Positions 16,417-25,853 of a stretch of 43,237 nucleotides of DNA are shown one piece after another. Positions within the stretch are counted from its first letter, which is position 1. Each line of letters begins with the position of its first letter. The position numbers were made by a program, and so were the translations under genes. This DNA is from an uncultured Oscillospiraceae bacterium (GTDB lineage: Bacteria; Bacillota; Clostridia; Oscillospirales; CAG-382), in NCBI GenBank assembly GCA_964525815.1, contig CAZGJQ010000003.1:1-43237 (forward strand), given 5' to 3'. The notes under the pieces were generated by a model. It was not told the DNA's origin. It ran no database searches and saw only the letters and a program-made list of their open reading frames with translations.

Positions 16417-18660
16417 TTAGAAAAGGCTGCTTATCCAGCCGACAATGTTGTACCTGCCGAAAACAACGACCGTTACCAGCGAGACAACACTCATTATCTT
16501 TATTAGAATGTCCAGTGAGGGACCGACTGTATCCTTAAGCGGGTCACCCACGGTATCTCCCACAACAGCGGCGTCATGAGCGGGTGAGCCCTTTTCATGT
16601 CCTTCTATTGCGCCTGTTTCTATATATTTCTTGGCGTTATCCCAGGCACCGCCGGCGTTTCCGGCAAAGATAGCCAGCATAATGGCGGTAACCGTAGCAC
16701 CGATTAGCAAGCCGCCCACAAACTGCGGTCCGAACAAGAATCCGCAGACGACAGGGAACGCTATCGCCATAATTGCGGGAATACGCATTTCACGAAGTGC
16801 CCCCTGCGAGGATATGGCAATGCAGGTCTTGTAATCGGGAAGAACCTCACCCTCCATAAGTCCCTTAATCTCTCTGAACTGACGGCGAACCTCATCCACC
16901 ATCTTCCTTGCCGCCTTGGCAACCGCTTCTATTAACATTCCCGAGAACAGGAAGGGAAGAGCGGCACCCACAAGCGCACCTACAAGGGTAAGGGGCTGTA
17001 TAATATTTATACCGATAAAATCAAGTGCAACCGCATCCGTACCTTTTTCCAAAATATCCTCGGCAAGCTCGTCCTTGTCTATATATGCAAACATGTAGGA
17101 GGTCATCATTGAGAGGGTTGCGAGTGCGGCGGAGCCGATTGCAAAGCCCTTGCCGATAGCGGCGGTGGTGTTTCCGACGCTGTCCAGCTCGTCGGTGATT
17201 TTTCTGACATCCTTTTCAAGGTAGCTCATCTCGGCAATACCGCCGGCATTATCCGAAATAGGCCCGTAGGTATCCACCGAAACGGTAGCCGCAACAAAGG
17301 AGAGCATTCCGATAGCGGCAGCGGCAACACCGTACATACCCGCAATGGCATAGGAGGCATATATGGATGCGCCCAGAACCAGAACGGGAGCCATACAGGA
17401 GGTCATACCAAGTGCAAGTCCCTGAGTAATGGTAAGAGCCGAGCCCTCTATGGAGGCTGCGGAAACCTTTTTGGTGGGATTATAATCATAGCTTGTATAA
17501 TACTCGGCTATTTTACCTATCAAAACACCCGCAATTACACCGAGCGAGGCGGCAACCCAAGGGGAAACAAAACCGATATTGAACTCTGCGTGCTTTAGCA
17601 CCTCGCTGTCCGTACCCTTGAAGAGATAGAAGACAAGAGCAAAGCCCAAAACTATTGTAAGCCCTGCCGAAATCCAGGTTGCGGAGTTAAGCTCCCTGTG
17701 CGGATTGTCGGACAGCTTTTTCCGTATAAACAGAGACGCTATACCCACAATACATGCTATCAAGCCTATTGCGGCAAACGAAACCGGGAAAATAAGCATC
17801 GATTTAAGCAGCTCGGTCTCGGCATATATGCCATGGATAAAAAGCTCAACGGCAAGTATAGCACCGGCAAGTATAGAGCCGACATAGCTCTCTAAAAGGT
17901 CGCTTCCCAGTCCCGCAACATCTCCCACGTTGTCGCCTACATTGTCGGCAATGGTTGCGGGGTTGCGGGGATCGTCCTCGGGAATGTGCAGCTCTGTCTT
18001 TCCGACAAGGTCTGCGCCCATATCGGCGGCTTTTGTATATATACCGCCTCCCACACGATTAAACATTGCTATAATCGAGCATCCGAGAGCATAACCGGAC
18101 AGGGTCATGGTAAAGGATACCTCAAGTCCTATCAGACTATTTGTCGAGCCCCAAAGGGCTTCGTCCACAATACCTGCGGCGGCATCAATCTGCTTAAGAC
18201 CGAGACCAAAAAACAAAAATACAACGAAAATGCCCAAAAGAGCAAAGCCGGCAACGCAAAGACCCATAACCGAGCCGCCCTTAAAGGCAACCTTCAGGGT
18301 TTCTGAAAGCGACTTGGTTGTTCTGGCTCTGTTTGTAACCCGAACATTGGCATAGGTGGCAATCTTCATACCCACCAATCCCGCCGTGGCACTCATTACG
18401 GCACCGAGTATAAAGGCGACCGCAACCGACCATGAAATAAGTACAGCCAGCAAAACGGCAATAATCGCCGCAATGAAGGCAACAATCTTATATTCATAAG
18501 AAATAAATGTGTTTGCGCCTAACCTTATGGCGGCGGCAATCTCCTGCATACGCTCTGTTCCCTCCTCCATCCTCTTGACGGAGAAGAAATTGATCGCAGC
18601 ATAAGCGAGCCCTGCCAGAGCGGCAACAATGACAAGACCCAAGAGCAAGGACGTGTTCAT
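16417..18660 (-). CDS. hppA: Membrane-bound ion-translocating pyrophosphatase, K+-dependent, probably Na+-pumping
   Basis: GGGIYTKAADMGADLVGK, EDDPRN, DNVGDNVGD, DNAGG, GDTVGDPLKD. GNTTAA indicates K+-dependence; the DLLESY Glu position is as recalled for Na+-PPases. Confidence 0.95.
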   Translation of the reverse strand: MNTSLLLGLVIVAALAGLAYAAINFFSVKRMEEGTERMQEIAAAIRLGANTFISYEYKIVAFIAAIIAVLLAVLISWSVAVAFILGAVMSATAGLVGMKIATYANVRVTNRARTTKSLSETLKVAFKGGSVMGLCVAGFALLGIFVVFLFFGLGLKQIDAAAGIVDEALWGSTNSLIGLEVSFTMTLSGYALGCSIIAMFNRVGGGIYTKAADMGADLVGKTELHIPEDDPRNPATIADNVGDNVGDVAGLGSDLLESYVGSILAGAILAVELFIHGIYAETELLKSMLIFPVSFAAIGLIACIVGIASLFIRKKLSDNPHRELNSATWISAGLTIVLGFALVFYLFKGTDSEVLKHAEFNIGFVSPWVAASLGVIAGVLIGKIAEYYTSYDYNPTKKVSAASIEGSALTITQGLALGMTSCMAPVLVLGASIYASYAIAGMYGVAAAAIGMLSFVAATVSVDTYGPISDNAGGIAEMSYLEKDVRKITDELDSVGNTTAAIGKGFAIGSAALATLSMMTSYMFAYIDKDELAEDILEKGTDAVALDFIGINIIQPLTLVGALVGAALPFLFSGMLIEAVAKAARKMVDEVRRQFREIKGLMEGEVLPDYKTCIAISSQGALREMRIPAIMAIAFPVVCGFLFGPQFVGGLLIGATVTAIMLAIFAGNAGGAWDNAKKYIETGAIEGHEKGSPAHDAAVVGDTVGDPLKDTVGPSLDILIKIMSVVSLVTVVVFGRYNIVGWISSLF

Positions 18661-18788
18661 ATACGAGGGGTTCCTTTCTATACAGCGGAGATAAGTCCGC
18701 AAAAATTAAAATTATGTAAGCTCGGGAGCCGACAAATTACGACAAAAAAGCATAAAATCGTCAAATACCCAATCTTTCCACGATACCC

Positions 18789-18817
18789 ATTATATTTGTA
18801 TTATTCAATAATGTCAA
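18789..18817 (-). promoter_or_regulatory. Consensus sigma-A promoter of hppA
   Basis: TTGACA-N17-TATAAT. Confidence 0.75.
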
Positions 18818-18855
18818 CACAAATATCCCGATTTTTTTCAGGTTCTCTCAATATA

Positions 18856-18889
18856 ACGAAAAAAGCCTGCAAAAGCAGACCTTTTTCGT
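18856..18889 (-). terminator. Terminator downstream of the small ORF 18961-19158
   Basis: Minus-strand GGTCTGC-TTTT-GCAGGCT stem-loop (G-U pairs) followed by a T-run. Confidence 0.6.
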
Positions 18890-18960
18890 GAAAGATAGTG
18901 AAAAATGAAAAAGCTTACAGACAAAAAGCCTTAATCACTCTATTATCAAACAGAACACGC

Positions 18961-19158
18961 TCACAATCCAAGCTCAAACAGCCACTCCCGTTTACCTTCT
19001 TCCTTATTCGTCACAGAGACGATTTGCTCTCGCCGGTCATCAAGAGGTAAGCTCCTGCCCCTCTCCCTCTGCTTTTCCTGTACTTGCTCTGCTCCTATCG
19101 GTGAAGCTAAAGCACAGATCAAACAAATATACAGTACCAAAACCAAAAACCATATCAT
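18961..19158 (-). CDS. Small hypothetical membrane-anchored or secreted protein (65 aa)
   Basis: Hydrophobic N-terminus then charged tail; purine-rich RBS; downstream terminator; sigma-F-like promoter upstream. Confidence 0.5.
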   Translation of the reverse strand: MIWFLVLVLYICLICALASPIGAEQVQEKQRERGRSLPLDDRREQIVSVTNKEEGKREWLFELGL

Positions 19159-19421
19159 ATCAATGTCATTCCCTTCCTCAGCGTTTTTACCGCTTATTGT
19201 TGATTTCCTGTATTTATTATACCTGCTTGTGCGGGCTATAAACAGGACTTCTAAAGAGATTTTCTGTTTTTATTCGACAAAAAGTCTCAAAAAATAAAAA
19301 AAATCATGCCTGTATTTTGGTATTCATAACGCATATAATGTTTTTTGTCGTATAAAGTAAAATGATTTTTGTTTACAAAATGTGTGTTTTCTGATATTCT
19401 TTAAGTCTAAGGAGGTTAATT

Positions 19422-19694
19422 GTGAAAAAACTGATAGGCGAACGAAAATTGAGATGCGAAAGATTTAAGCTCAGATACCTGCTTTTTGAAGAAAGCGACT
19501 TCAAGCACTCCGAGAATGTTTTTTTTAGCCTTTTGGTTGAGCTGAGCGACGGTAAAAAAAGCGAAATTGCACAAGCTAGAGATTTTACAAGCAGACGTTC
19601 GGAGGCTGAAAAAATGCTAAGTAAAATTTGCAGAGGAAAGGTAACACCAATGGGTCTACCCTATATTATGGAGGATTATATTGCAGACATATAA
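19422..19694 (+). CDS. Conserved hypothetical protein (DUF6514-like)
   Basis: C-terminal RGKVTPMGLPYIMED pattern; AAGGAGG RBS; TTTACA-N17-TATTCT promoter at 19372-19400. Confidence 0.75.
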   Translation: MKKLIGERKLRCERFKLRYLLFEESDFKHSENVFFSLLVELSDGKKSEIAQARDFTSRRSEAEKMLSKICRGKVTPMGLPYIMEDYIADI

Positions 19695-19696
19695 CA

Positions 19697-19746
19697 CAAA
19701 ACAACCCCTGTACAGCTTGTAACGCGTGTCAGAGGTTGTTTTTTTA
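19697..19746. terminator. Bidirectional terminator
   Basis: AAAACAACC/GGTTGTTTT stem between convergent genes. Confidence 0.6.
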
Positions 19747-19758
19747 TTTATACCGTTT

Positions 19759-20610
19759 TTATCTGCTTTTTCGGGAAATGTTTATAACCGACAGTGCATA
19801 AAACAGGAATCCGGCTGCTATCAGTATGATTATACTTACCCAGGGCTGTATAGACTCTCCCGCCCAGGTGAGCGTAATGCCCATTTGTTCGGAAAACTCC
19901 TCCCTCGCTCCGGCAGGCGCCCCTTCAAAGGCGTCTTTTATCATAGGCTCCATTAATACCCTTCTAAACATGGTTGCCGCATGAGACGGCGGAAATGCCT
20001 TGACTATAATCTGCACCGCCTCCGGCAGAATTCCGATTGGCATATAAATACCGGTCAAAAATCCCACAAGCGTTCCGATTATCGAGCTTGCTGTCCCGAA
20101 GGCGTTTTGGCTCTTCAAAAAAGATACTATAAAAAACAAAAACGCCGTGTTGGTGAAGGCTGAGAGCAATATAATCCCCAAAACCTTGAGAATCATTTCC
20201 GCATCGGGAAAATCTGCTCCGTTTGCCGTCAGATAAACCTGGGTCACTATAAAGGTCAGCACACTCATTATAACGCCGATAAAATAAGCGCCTATTATAT
20301 ATCCTCCCGCAAGCCGGCTCCTGCTTACCGGAGAGGAATAAAAATCCTTGGATATTTTATTATGTCTGTCCTCAACCATTATTCCGAACGCGCCCATTGT
20401 TGTGGTAAGCGTAACGACTGCGAGCAGACCCGCCATAATCCAGGAATCCATTACTGTTTTTGGGTTTTCGAACTCCATTTCCTGAGTCCAGACATCCCCT
20501 AAAAAAAGCACATACATTCCCACTATAATAAGTACCGCAAACAGAGAGAAGAACACGGAGGCTTTATCCCTGAAGTACAGCTTCATCGTTCTTTTTATTA
20601 GCGCGCTCAT
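19759..20610 (-). CDS. ABC-2 type transporter permease
   Basis: About 6 TM segments; FRDKASVFFS, DFYSSPVSR, GFLTGIYMP. Confidence 0.9.
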   Translation of the reverse strand: MSALIKRTMKLYFRDKASVFFSLFAVLIIVGMYVLFLGDVWTQEMEFENPKTVMDSWIMAGLLAVVTLTTTMGAFGIMVEDRHNKISKDFYSSPVSRSRLAGGYIIGAYFIGVIMSVLTFIVTQVYLTANGADFPDAEMILKVLGIILLSAFTNTAFLFFIVSFLKSQNAFGTASSIIGTLVGFLTGIYMPIGILPEAVQIIVKAFPPSHAATMFRRVLMEPMIKDAFEGAPAGAREEFSEQMGITLTWAGESIQPWVSIIILIAAGFLFYALSVINISRKSR

Positions 20611-21524
20611 TCCCTTATCTCCTTTCCAGTAATGCCTATAAAGGCGTCGTCCATGGTTCCGGTCATCACCTCAAACCCTGTAATATAATCCCTGCACGAA
20701 TCAAGAATCGGTATTGCGGCCAAGGTGTCCGGTATTTTAACGGTGATAAGGTTTGCCGTTTTTGCATATTCAAGTCCGAGAGACTTCAGCTTTTCCACGA
20801 GCAGCCTGTCTTCCTTCCCGGCTCTCATAACTATCACATCGGAGGAGTATTTTTCCTTCAGCTCGGAGGGTGTGCCCTTGGCCGCTATTTTTCCGTTATC
20901 GATTATGATTACAAAATCGGCCTCCGCCGCTTCCTCCATATAGTGGGTTGTCAGAAATATGGTCATGCCCGTATCTTCCTGCAGCTTCTTAACGGTATCC
21001 CAGACGCTTTTTCTGGTCTGCGGGTCGAGACCGGTGGTGGGCTCGTCAAGAAACAGCACCTTCGGTGTGTTCACGAGAGCTCTCGCTATATCCGCTCTTC
21101 TCCTCTGCCCGCCGGAGAGCTTTCCATATCGCCTGTCCAGCAAATCGGTAATCCCGACCGATTCCGCTGCTTTTTTTACCGCTTCGTCCAGTTCCTGTCC
21201 TTTTATACCGTACAGAGACCCTCTTGTTTTCAGGTTTTCCCTGACGGTCAGCAAGGAATCAAGCAGACTGTCCTGAAACACCGCTCCGATAGAATGGCGT
21301 ATCTCGTTATCCTTTTCTCCCAGCGCAAATCCATCCACAACAGCGTTGCCCGCGTCCGGTCTGAGAAAGGTGCAAATCATATCAATGGTGGTTGATTTAC
21401 CCGCTCCGTTAGGCCCCAAGAATGCAAAAAGCTTGCCTGTTTCGACATAAAAGCTTATACCGTCGACAGCCCTTACGCTTCCGTAGTGTTTTTTCAGGTC
21501 GGTAACCTCAATAATATGCTCCAT
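20607..21524 (-). CDS. ABC transporter ATP-binding protein
   Basis: GPNGAGKST, LSGGQ, LDEPTTGLD, TTHYMEEA. Confidence 0.95.
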   Translation of the reverse strand: MEHIIEVTDLKKHYGSVRAVDGISFYVETGKLFAFLGPNGAGKSTTIDMICTFLRPDAGNAVVDGFALGEKDNEIRHSIGAVFQDSLLDSLLTVRENLKTRGSLYGIKGQELDEAVKKAAESVGITDLLDRRYGKLSGGQRRRADIARALVNTPKVLFLDEPTTGLDPQTRKSVWDTVKKLQEDTGMTIFLTTHYMEEAAEADFVIIIDNGKIAAKGTPSELKEKYSSDVIVMRAGKEDRLLVEKLKSLGLEYAKTANLITVKIPDTLAAIPILDSCRDYITGFEVMTGTMDDAFIGITGKEIRE

Positions 21525-21625
21525 ATAACCTCCATACTAATGTTTTTGTGCTCCTAATCTGCTTCTGTATTATTAACGCTTTATTTATACCATATTTTTC
21601 TATGATATGCAATAAAAAAGATGAT

Positions 21626-22717
21626 TTACTCCCCCATAAAAAGGCTCATCACCCTTTCCTCCTGCTCAAAAAGGCTGCATCCTCCCGTGTGATTAATCTC
21701 GTTCTTGTTCAGCTCCCTCACCTTTTTAAAAAAGGATGATTGCAACGCCTTTTTCAGACCGCCAACCTTGATGTTATAATCCGAATAGGGTGAAAAGGGA
21801 CAAGCCTCCGCCGCTCCGTCCGAGTTAATATGAAAAAAACCCCTGCCTGCCGCAAGACAGCCTCCCATATGCTTTTCGTCACCCGGGAAGGACAAAAACA
21901 ACATGCGCTTATAAGCATTTTGCAGGAGCTCCTGCATTTTCTCCAAAATAATACGATCCTCTTCGTCCGGTGCGATATGCCCGCTTTTATTGTCTATGGG
22001 AACATATTCGATAAAAAACACAATTCTACAGCCCAGCGAATTTAAAGTGTTGATGAACCTCTCGGATGTAATCTCATTCAGATTTCCCTTTGTAACGGTT
22101 ATGGACGCTCCGTAAAGCAATCCTCTGTTTTTCATCTGTTTCAAGGAATCGGTCAGCCTTTTATATGTACCCTCTCCTCTTCTTTGGTCTGTAGTCTTTT
22201 TGTCTCCTTCCAGACTAACAATCGGAACAAGATTTCTGTTCTTGTTGAATAAATCAATGTAATCATGGTCAAACAGCGTCCCGTTGGTAAAAACGGGGAA
22301 TACAATGTCCTTGTATTGGGAAGCAGCGACAAGAACATCCCTTCTCAACAGCGGCTCGCCGCCCGCAAGCAGGTTAAAGGATATTCCAAGCTCTCTCGCC
22401 TCCTTAAATATTCCGCTCCATTCATCTGCGGTGAGCATTGCGCTTTTTTCTTTCGTGCCGCATATATTATTTGCACGGGCATAGCATCCCTTGCAAAACA
22501 GGTTACAACTGCTGGTTATGCTGGAAATCAAAAAAGCGGGAATATGCAGTCCTCTTTCCTCGCTTCTGATTCTTTTTTCGGCTGACTTTTTTAGCGCTCT
22601 CCTGATTCTAAGTAAAAACAGAAGCTCCCGCAGGTTAAGAACCGAGCCCCATATAGCTCTTTTGGCAATATCCCTTGTGCTCCTGTTCATATATTTTGTA
22701 AGCTCAATCGAATTCAT
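21626..22717 (-). CDS. Radical SAM protein with C-terminal twitch/SPASM-like domain, function unknown
   Basis: CNLFCKGC, GGEP, FTNGT, GCLAAG...ACPF...GC. Confidence 0.9.
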   Translation of the reverse strand: MNSIELTKYMNRSTRDIAKRAIWGSVLNLRELLFLLRIRRALKKSAEKRIRSEERGLHIPAFLISSITSSCNLFCKGCYARANNICGTKEKSAMLTADEWSGIFKEARELGISFNLLAGGEPLLRRDVLVAASQYKDIVFPVFTNGTLFDHDYIDLFNKNRNLVPIVSLEGDKKTTDQRRGEGTYKRLTDSLKQMKNRGLLYGASITVTKGNLNEITSERFINTLNSLGCRIVFFIEYVPIDNKSGHIAPDEEDRIILEKMQELLQNAYKRMLFLSFPGDEKHMGGCLAAGRGFFHINSDGAAEACPFSPYSDYNIKVGGLKKALQSSFFKKVRELNKNEINHTGGCSLFEQEERVMSLFMGE

Positions 22718-22747
22718 TTCCCGTACCTTCCGTTATATATGCACCTT

Positions 22748-22786
22748 AAAAAAACCGTATTCTGCACGAGCAAAATGCGGTTTTTT
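22748..22786. terminator. Terminator after the YbjQ-family gene
   Basis: AAAACCGTATT/AATGCGGTTTT stem flanked by A- and T-runs. Confidence 0.6.
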
Positions 22787-22820
22787 ATTAATCCTGCAAC
22801 GCTTCTGCTGTTTTTTTACC

Positions 22821-23132
22821 TTAGCCGAACTTGACCGCTGTTCCGTAGGCGACAACCTCGGCTGCTCCCTGTGTGATTGCGGATGATACATATCTGACCG
22901 CAACTATGGCATCGGCTCCCATTGACTGCGCCTCCTCTACCATGCGCTTGGTCGCAAGTGCCCGAGCCTCGTTCATCATTTCGGTATAGCCCTTAAGCTC
23001 TCCTCCGACGATGGTCTTTAGTCCCGCCATAAAGTCCTTGCCCAAGTGCTTTGACTGAACCATTCCTCCCCTTACAATACCAAGGTGCATGAGCTTTTTG
23101 TCCTCAATGTGCTCGCTGGTTACAATTAACAT
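22821..23132 (-). CDS. YbjQ/UPF0145 family protein
   Basis: GKDFMAGLKTIVGGELKGYTEM, GADAIV, AYGTAV. Confidence 0.9.
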   Translation of the reverse strand: MLIVTSEHIEDKKLMHLGIVRGGMVQSKHLGKDFMAGLKTIVGGELKGYTEMMNEARALATKRMVEEAQSMGADAIVAVRYVSSAITQGAAEVVAYGTAVKFG

Positions 23133-23165
23133 AGCTGTCAACCTTCCCTTCGTAAAAATAGTTTA

Positions 23166-23987
23166 TTAATAGCCCTGTTCAACCGCTGTCTCGGCGGAGT
23201 CCTTTGGTATCTCCTCTATACTAAACAAGCTCTTAAGCCGTATAACTAACAGAACCGCAGCCACTGCTACCGCCGCTATTACTCCCTCGATAGCCCATAC
23301 GGGCCATTCGTTCTTCGCTGTTAACGAAACCGCAATATCAAAGGCAAAGTGTGTTCCGATACATAGAGCCGAGCCTAACAAAGTCCTGCCCTTCATTATA
23401 AAATAGCACAAAAGCACCGATAACGCTATATGGAATGCAATCGCAAGCACCCGCTCGACACCGGCGGCAAAAAAGACAGATGCAGGAGTATTCATAAGCG
23501 CATACTGTATTTCCTCCGCTCCTTCAAGCGAAGGGAGCATTCCGGTATTTATTAAAAAGCTGAATATAAGGTTATTTACATATGTAAGCCCTACAATGCC
23601 CACCGATTCGGCACCTCCGTGCCCCAGCCCCGCACCGAGAGCGGCGTTGAAGGACAGCCTATTCCTCAATATACCTTTTAGCACCAGGAGCCGCCCCGCT
23701 GTTTCAAACAGCGCAGCCGACAATGCCAGAATAACTATCGCAAGCATTATGTTGTTCTCAAAGAACGAAAGCCACCTTTGGTTTTTTGCCAGGAGCTGTA
23801 ATAGTGGTATCCTTATAATCATCTGGAATAAAACAAACCCCATAACCCCGGCAATTACCGTACCGGACAGCCTTTTTCTTTTTTGTGCTAAGATAATCCA
23901 CAATATAATCGGAAACAGGCAGCTTGTAAGCAGCGTTACAATCATTGCATATATATTTTCAACCGGAATTTTTCCCACCGATACCAC
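23166..23987 (-). CDS. YhfC-family intramembrane glutamic/metalloprotease
   Basis: ALFETAGR, GLGHGGAE, ERVLAIAFH, H-x3-D; multiple TM segments. Confidence 0.85.
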   Translation of the reverse strand: MVSVGKIPVENIYAMIVTLLTSCLFPIILWIILAQKRKRLSGTVIAGVMGFVLFQMIIRIPLLQLLAKNQRWLSFFENNIMLAIVILALSAALFETAGRLLVLKGILRNRLSFNAALGAGLGHGGAESVGIVGLTYVNNLIFSFLINTGMLPSLEGAEEIQYALMNTPASVFFAAGVERVLAIAFHIALSVLLCYFIMKGRTLLGSALCIGTHFAFDIAVSLTAKNEWPVWAIEGVIAAVAVAAVLLVIRLKSLFSIEEIPKDSAETAVEQGY

Positions 23988-24146
23988 CCCGTTATTGTTT
24001 ATGTAAGATTATATTGAAAATAGCCGCCTGTTATGCAAAGAGCTGTTATTAAGTTAAAAGAATGTCGACCGACTGCCGCATTTGACCTCTTTTAGTTAAC
24101 TATAGCATGATTATAGTAATAATGTCAATATAGGGGAGCGAAAAGC

Positions 24147-24174
24147 AAAAAGACACCTAAAGAGGTGCCTTTTC
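24147..24174 (-). terminator. Terminator after cpsD
   Basis: AAAAGACACCT/AGGTGCCTTTT stem. Confidence 0.6.
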
Positions 24175-24192
24175 TTCGCTGGGGCAAAGAGC

Positions 24193-25014
24193 CTACTTAT
24201 TTTCGGTATTTTCGGCTTCCTTGTCCTTTTTATCTTTGCCGACATTTTTATATGATGAATAGCTATAGCCGTAGCCATAACCGTAGCCATAACCATAACC
24301 GTATTTGCCTTTTCCGTATTTACCGTATTTACCGCTCTTGTATCTCTTGCTGGATTCCTCAGCTGCGTCGTTGAGTATAGTGCCGAGAATCTTAGCGTTA
24401 ATAAACTCAAGTGATTTTATGGCTTTTTCCATCTCTGTATGGGTGGTTATTTTTCTCCTTACAACCAAAATAACCCCGTCCGCACTCCTTGCCAAGGGCA
24501 GTGCATCCGAAACGATGTTGATAGGAGGGGTGTCCATTATAATATAGTCGTAATCACCGGCGAGCTCATCCAGCAGCTCCTGCATTTTTGAGCTTGCGAG
24601 CATCTCGGAAGGGTTGGGTGCGGCTATCCCGGCAGGCAAAACAAAAAGGTTCTCGAACTTTGTTGCCTGTATAGACTCCTCTGTGGTGGCAAGACCGCTC
24701 AAAATGTTTGAAAGACCGGGGTCTCTTGCAATACCGAGTGCCTTATGCACCTTGGAAAGACGCAGGTCACAGTCAATAAACAATACCTTGTTAAATGCTT
24801 GGGCAAGAGAGATTGCGATGTTGACCGAGATTGTGGATTTACCCTCCGCCTGTAACGGGCTGGTAATGACAATCTTCTTGCACTCATCCTTTATAACCGA
24901 AAGGATTATATTGGTACGAATTGCCTTATATGCCTCCTGAACTCCGAACAGCTCGGAATTACTGTAGGTATAATCAAACGCAACTCTTCCGCCGGTTCTG
25001 TGCTCCTCAGCCAT
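24193..25014 (-). CDS. cpsD: CpsD/CapB-family bacterial tyrosine kinase (BY-kinase)
   Basis: EAYKAIRTN, Walker A EGKST, A' IDCDLR, Walker B DTPP, C-terminal Tyr cluster. Confidence 0.92.
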   Translation of the reverse strand: MAEEHRTGGRVAFDYTYSNSELFGVQEAYKAIRTNIILSVIKDECKKIVITSPLQAEGKSTISVNIAISLAQAFNKVLFIDCDLRLSKVHKALGIARDPGLSNILSGLATTEESIQATKFENLFVLPAGIAAPNPSEMLASSKMQELLDELAGDYDYIIMDTPPINIVSDALPLARSADGVILVVRRKITTHTEMEKAIKSLEFINAKILGTILNDAAEESSKRYKSGKYGKYGKGKYGYGYGYGYGYGYSYSSYKNVGKDKKDKEAENTENK

Positions 25015-25714
25015 TTATACCTTCCTCCTTTTTAATCTTCTTGCCCTTGAAGGTAGGTATAGCTCCCAGAACAGGCATGTTGTGCTTTTCCACTATATCT
25101 TTTACTGTCTTAATCCTTATGTCAAGCGCTTCCCGTATTATCGCAACAACAAAAACCGCCGCCATTCCTATAATAAAACCGATAACCGAAAACAATCTTG
25201 TTCTGTCTCCGGACACCCTTGATTCGGTCGCACTGTCCACGACCGTAACACTGGTCTGATACTGAGTATGTAAAATAAAGTGCGAATTAATACTCTCTAT
25301 TATTGTCTCGGTGACCGTCTTGGGTGAATCTATGTGCGAAGTCTTAAATTGTAGCCTAATAACCTCCGTGTTGTTGCTGGGGGAGAAGGAGGTTCCGCTT
25401 TTTAACCTGGAAACAGAATACAACGGTTTTATATCGTCCGGAAGATTCTTATGCACATTTTTGTAGAAATCATTGGAATCCAAAATGGCAAGATAGGAAT
25501 CGACCAGCATTCTGTTTGCGTTTATGTTTCCGACCGTGGCATCCGGATTGGCATCGTTTGATAGAATTATAATCTTAGCCTCGGAATAATAAACAGGGTC
25601 GATAAGAAACTTTGAGTATGCAAACGCAATACCGAAACAAAGAACACCACCGGCGATAATAATTATAAGATTATCTCTTAGAATCTTAAATAATTTTTCA
25701 TAGGTAAAATTCAT
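25007..25714 (-). CDS. cpsC: CpsC/CapA (YveK/Wzz-like) transmembrane kinase activator
   Basis: Two TM segments around an extracellular loop; PVYYSEAK, LDIRIK...PVLGAIP; overlaps cpsD. Confidence 0.85.
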   Translation of the reverse strand: MNFTYEKLFKILRDNLIIIIAGGVLCFGIAFAYSKFLIDPVYYSEAKIIILSNDANPDATVGNINANRMLVDSYLAILDSNDFYKNVHKNLPDDIKPLYSVSRLKSGTSFSPSNNTEVIRLQFKTSHIDSPKTVTETIIESINSHFILHTQYQTSVTVVDSATESRVSGDRTRLFSVIGFIIGMAAVFVVAIIREALDIRIKTVKDIVEKHNMPVLGAIPTFKGKKIKKEEGING

Positions 25715-25746
25715 TTTTTTCTCCGTTTATCGTAATGAATAGCTTG

Positions 25747-25775
25747 ATTATAACTTAATTCGTTTTAATTGTCAA
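25747..25775 (-). promoter_or_regulatory. Consensus sigma-A promoter of cpsCD
   Basis: TTGACA-N17-TATAAT. Confidence 0.75.
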
Positions 25776-25853
25776 CATTATAAAGCGATAAAAGAAAATA
25801 TTTCTGTAAATAAATATATGATTTTTAAGGGTGTTCTTTTATCGGCTGCCGTT

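Noticed and set aside
24111-24410. ORF with MVMATVMAT repeats; possible tandem-repeat or phase-variation tract
   Set aside because: It is an alternative frame of the cpsD Tyr-Gly tail; mixed codons indicate a protein-level repeat.
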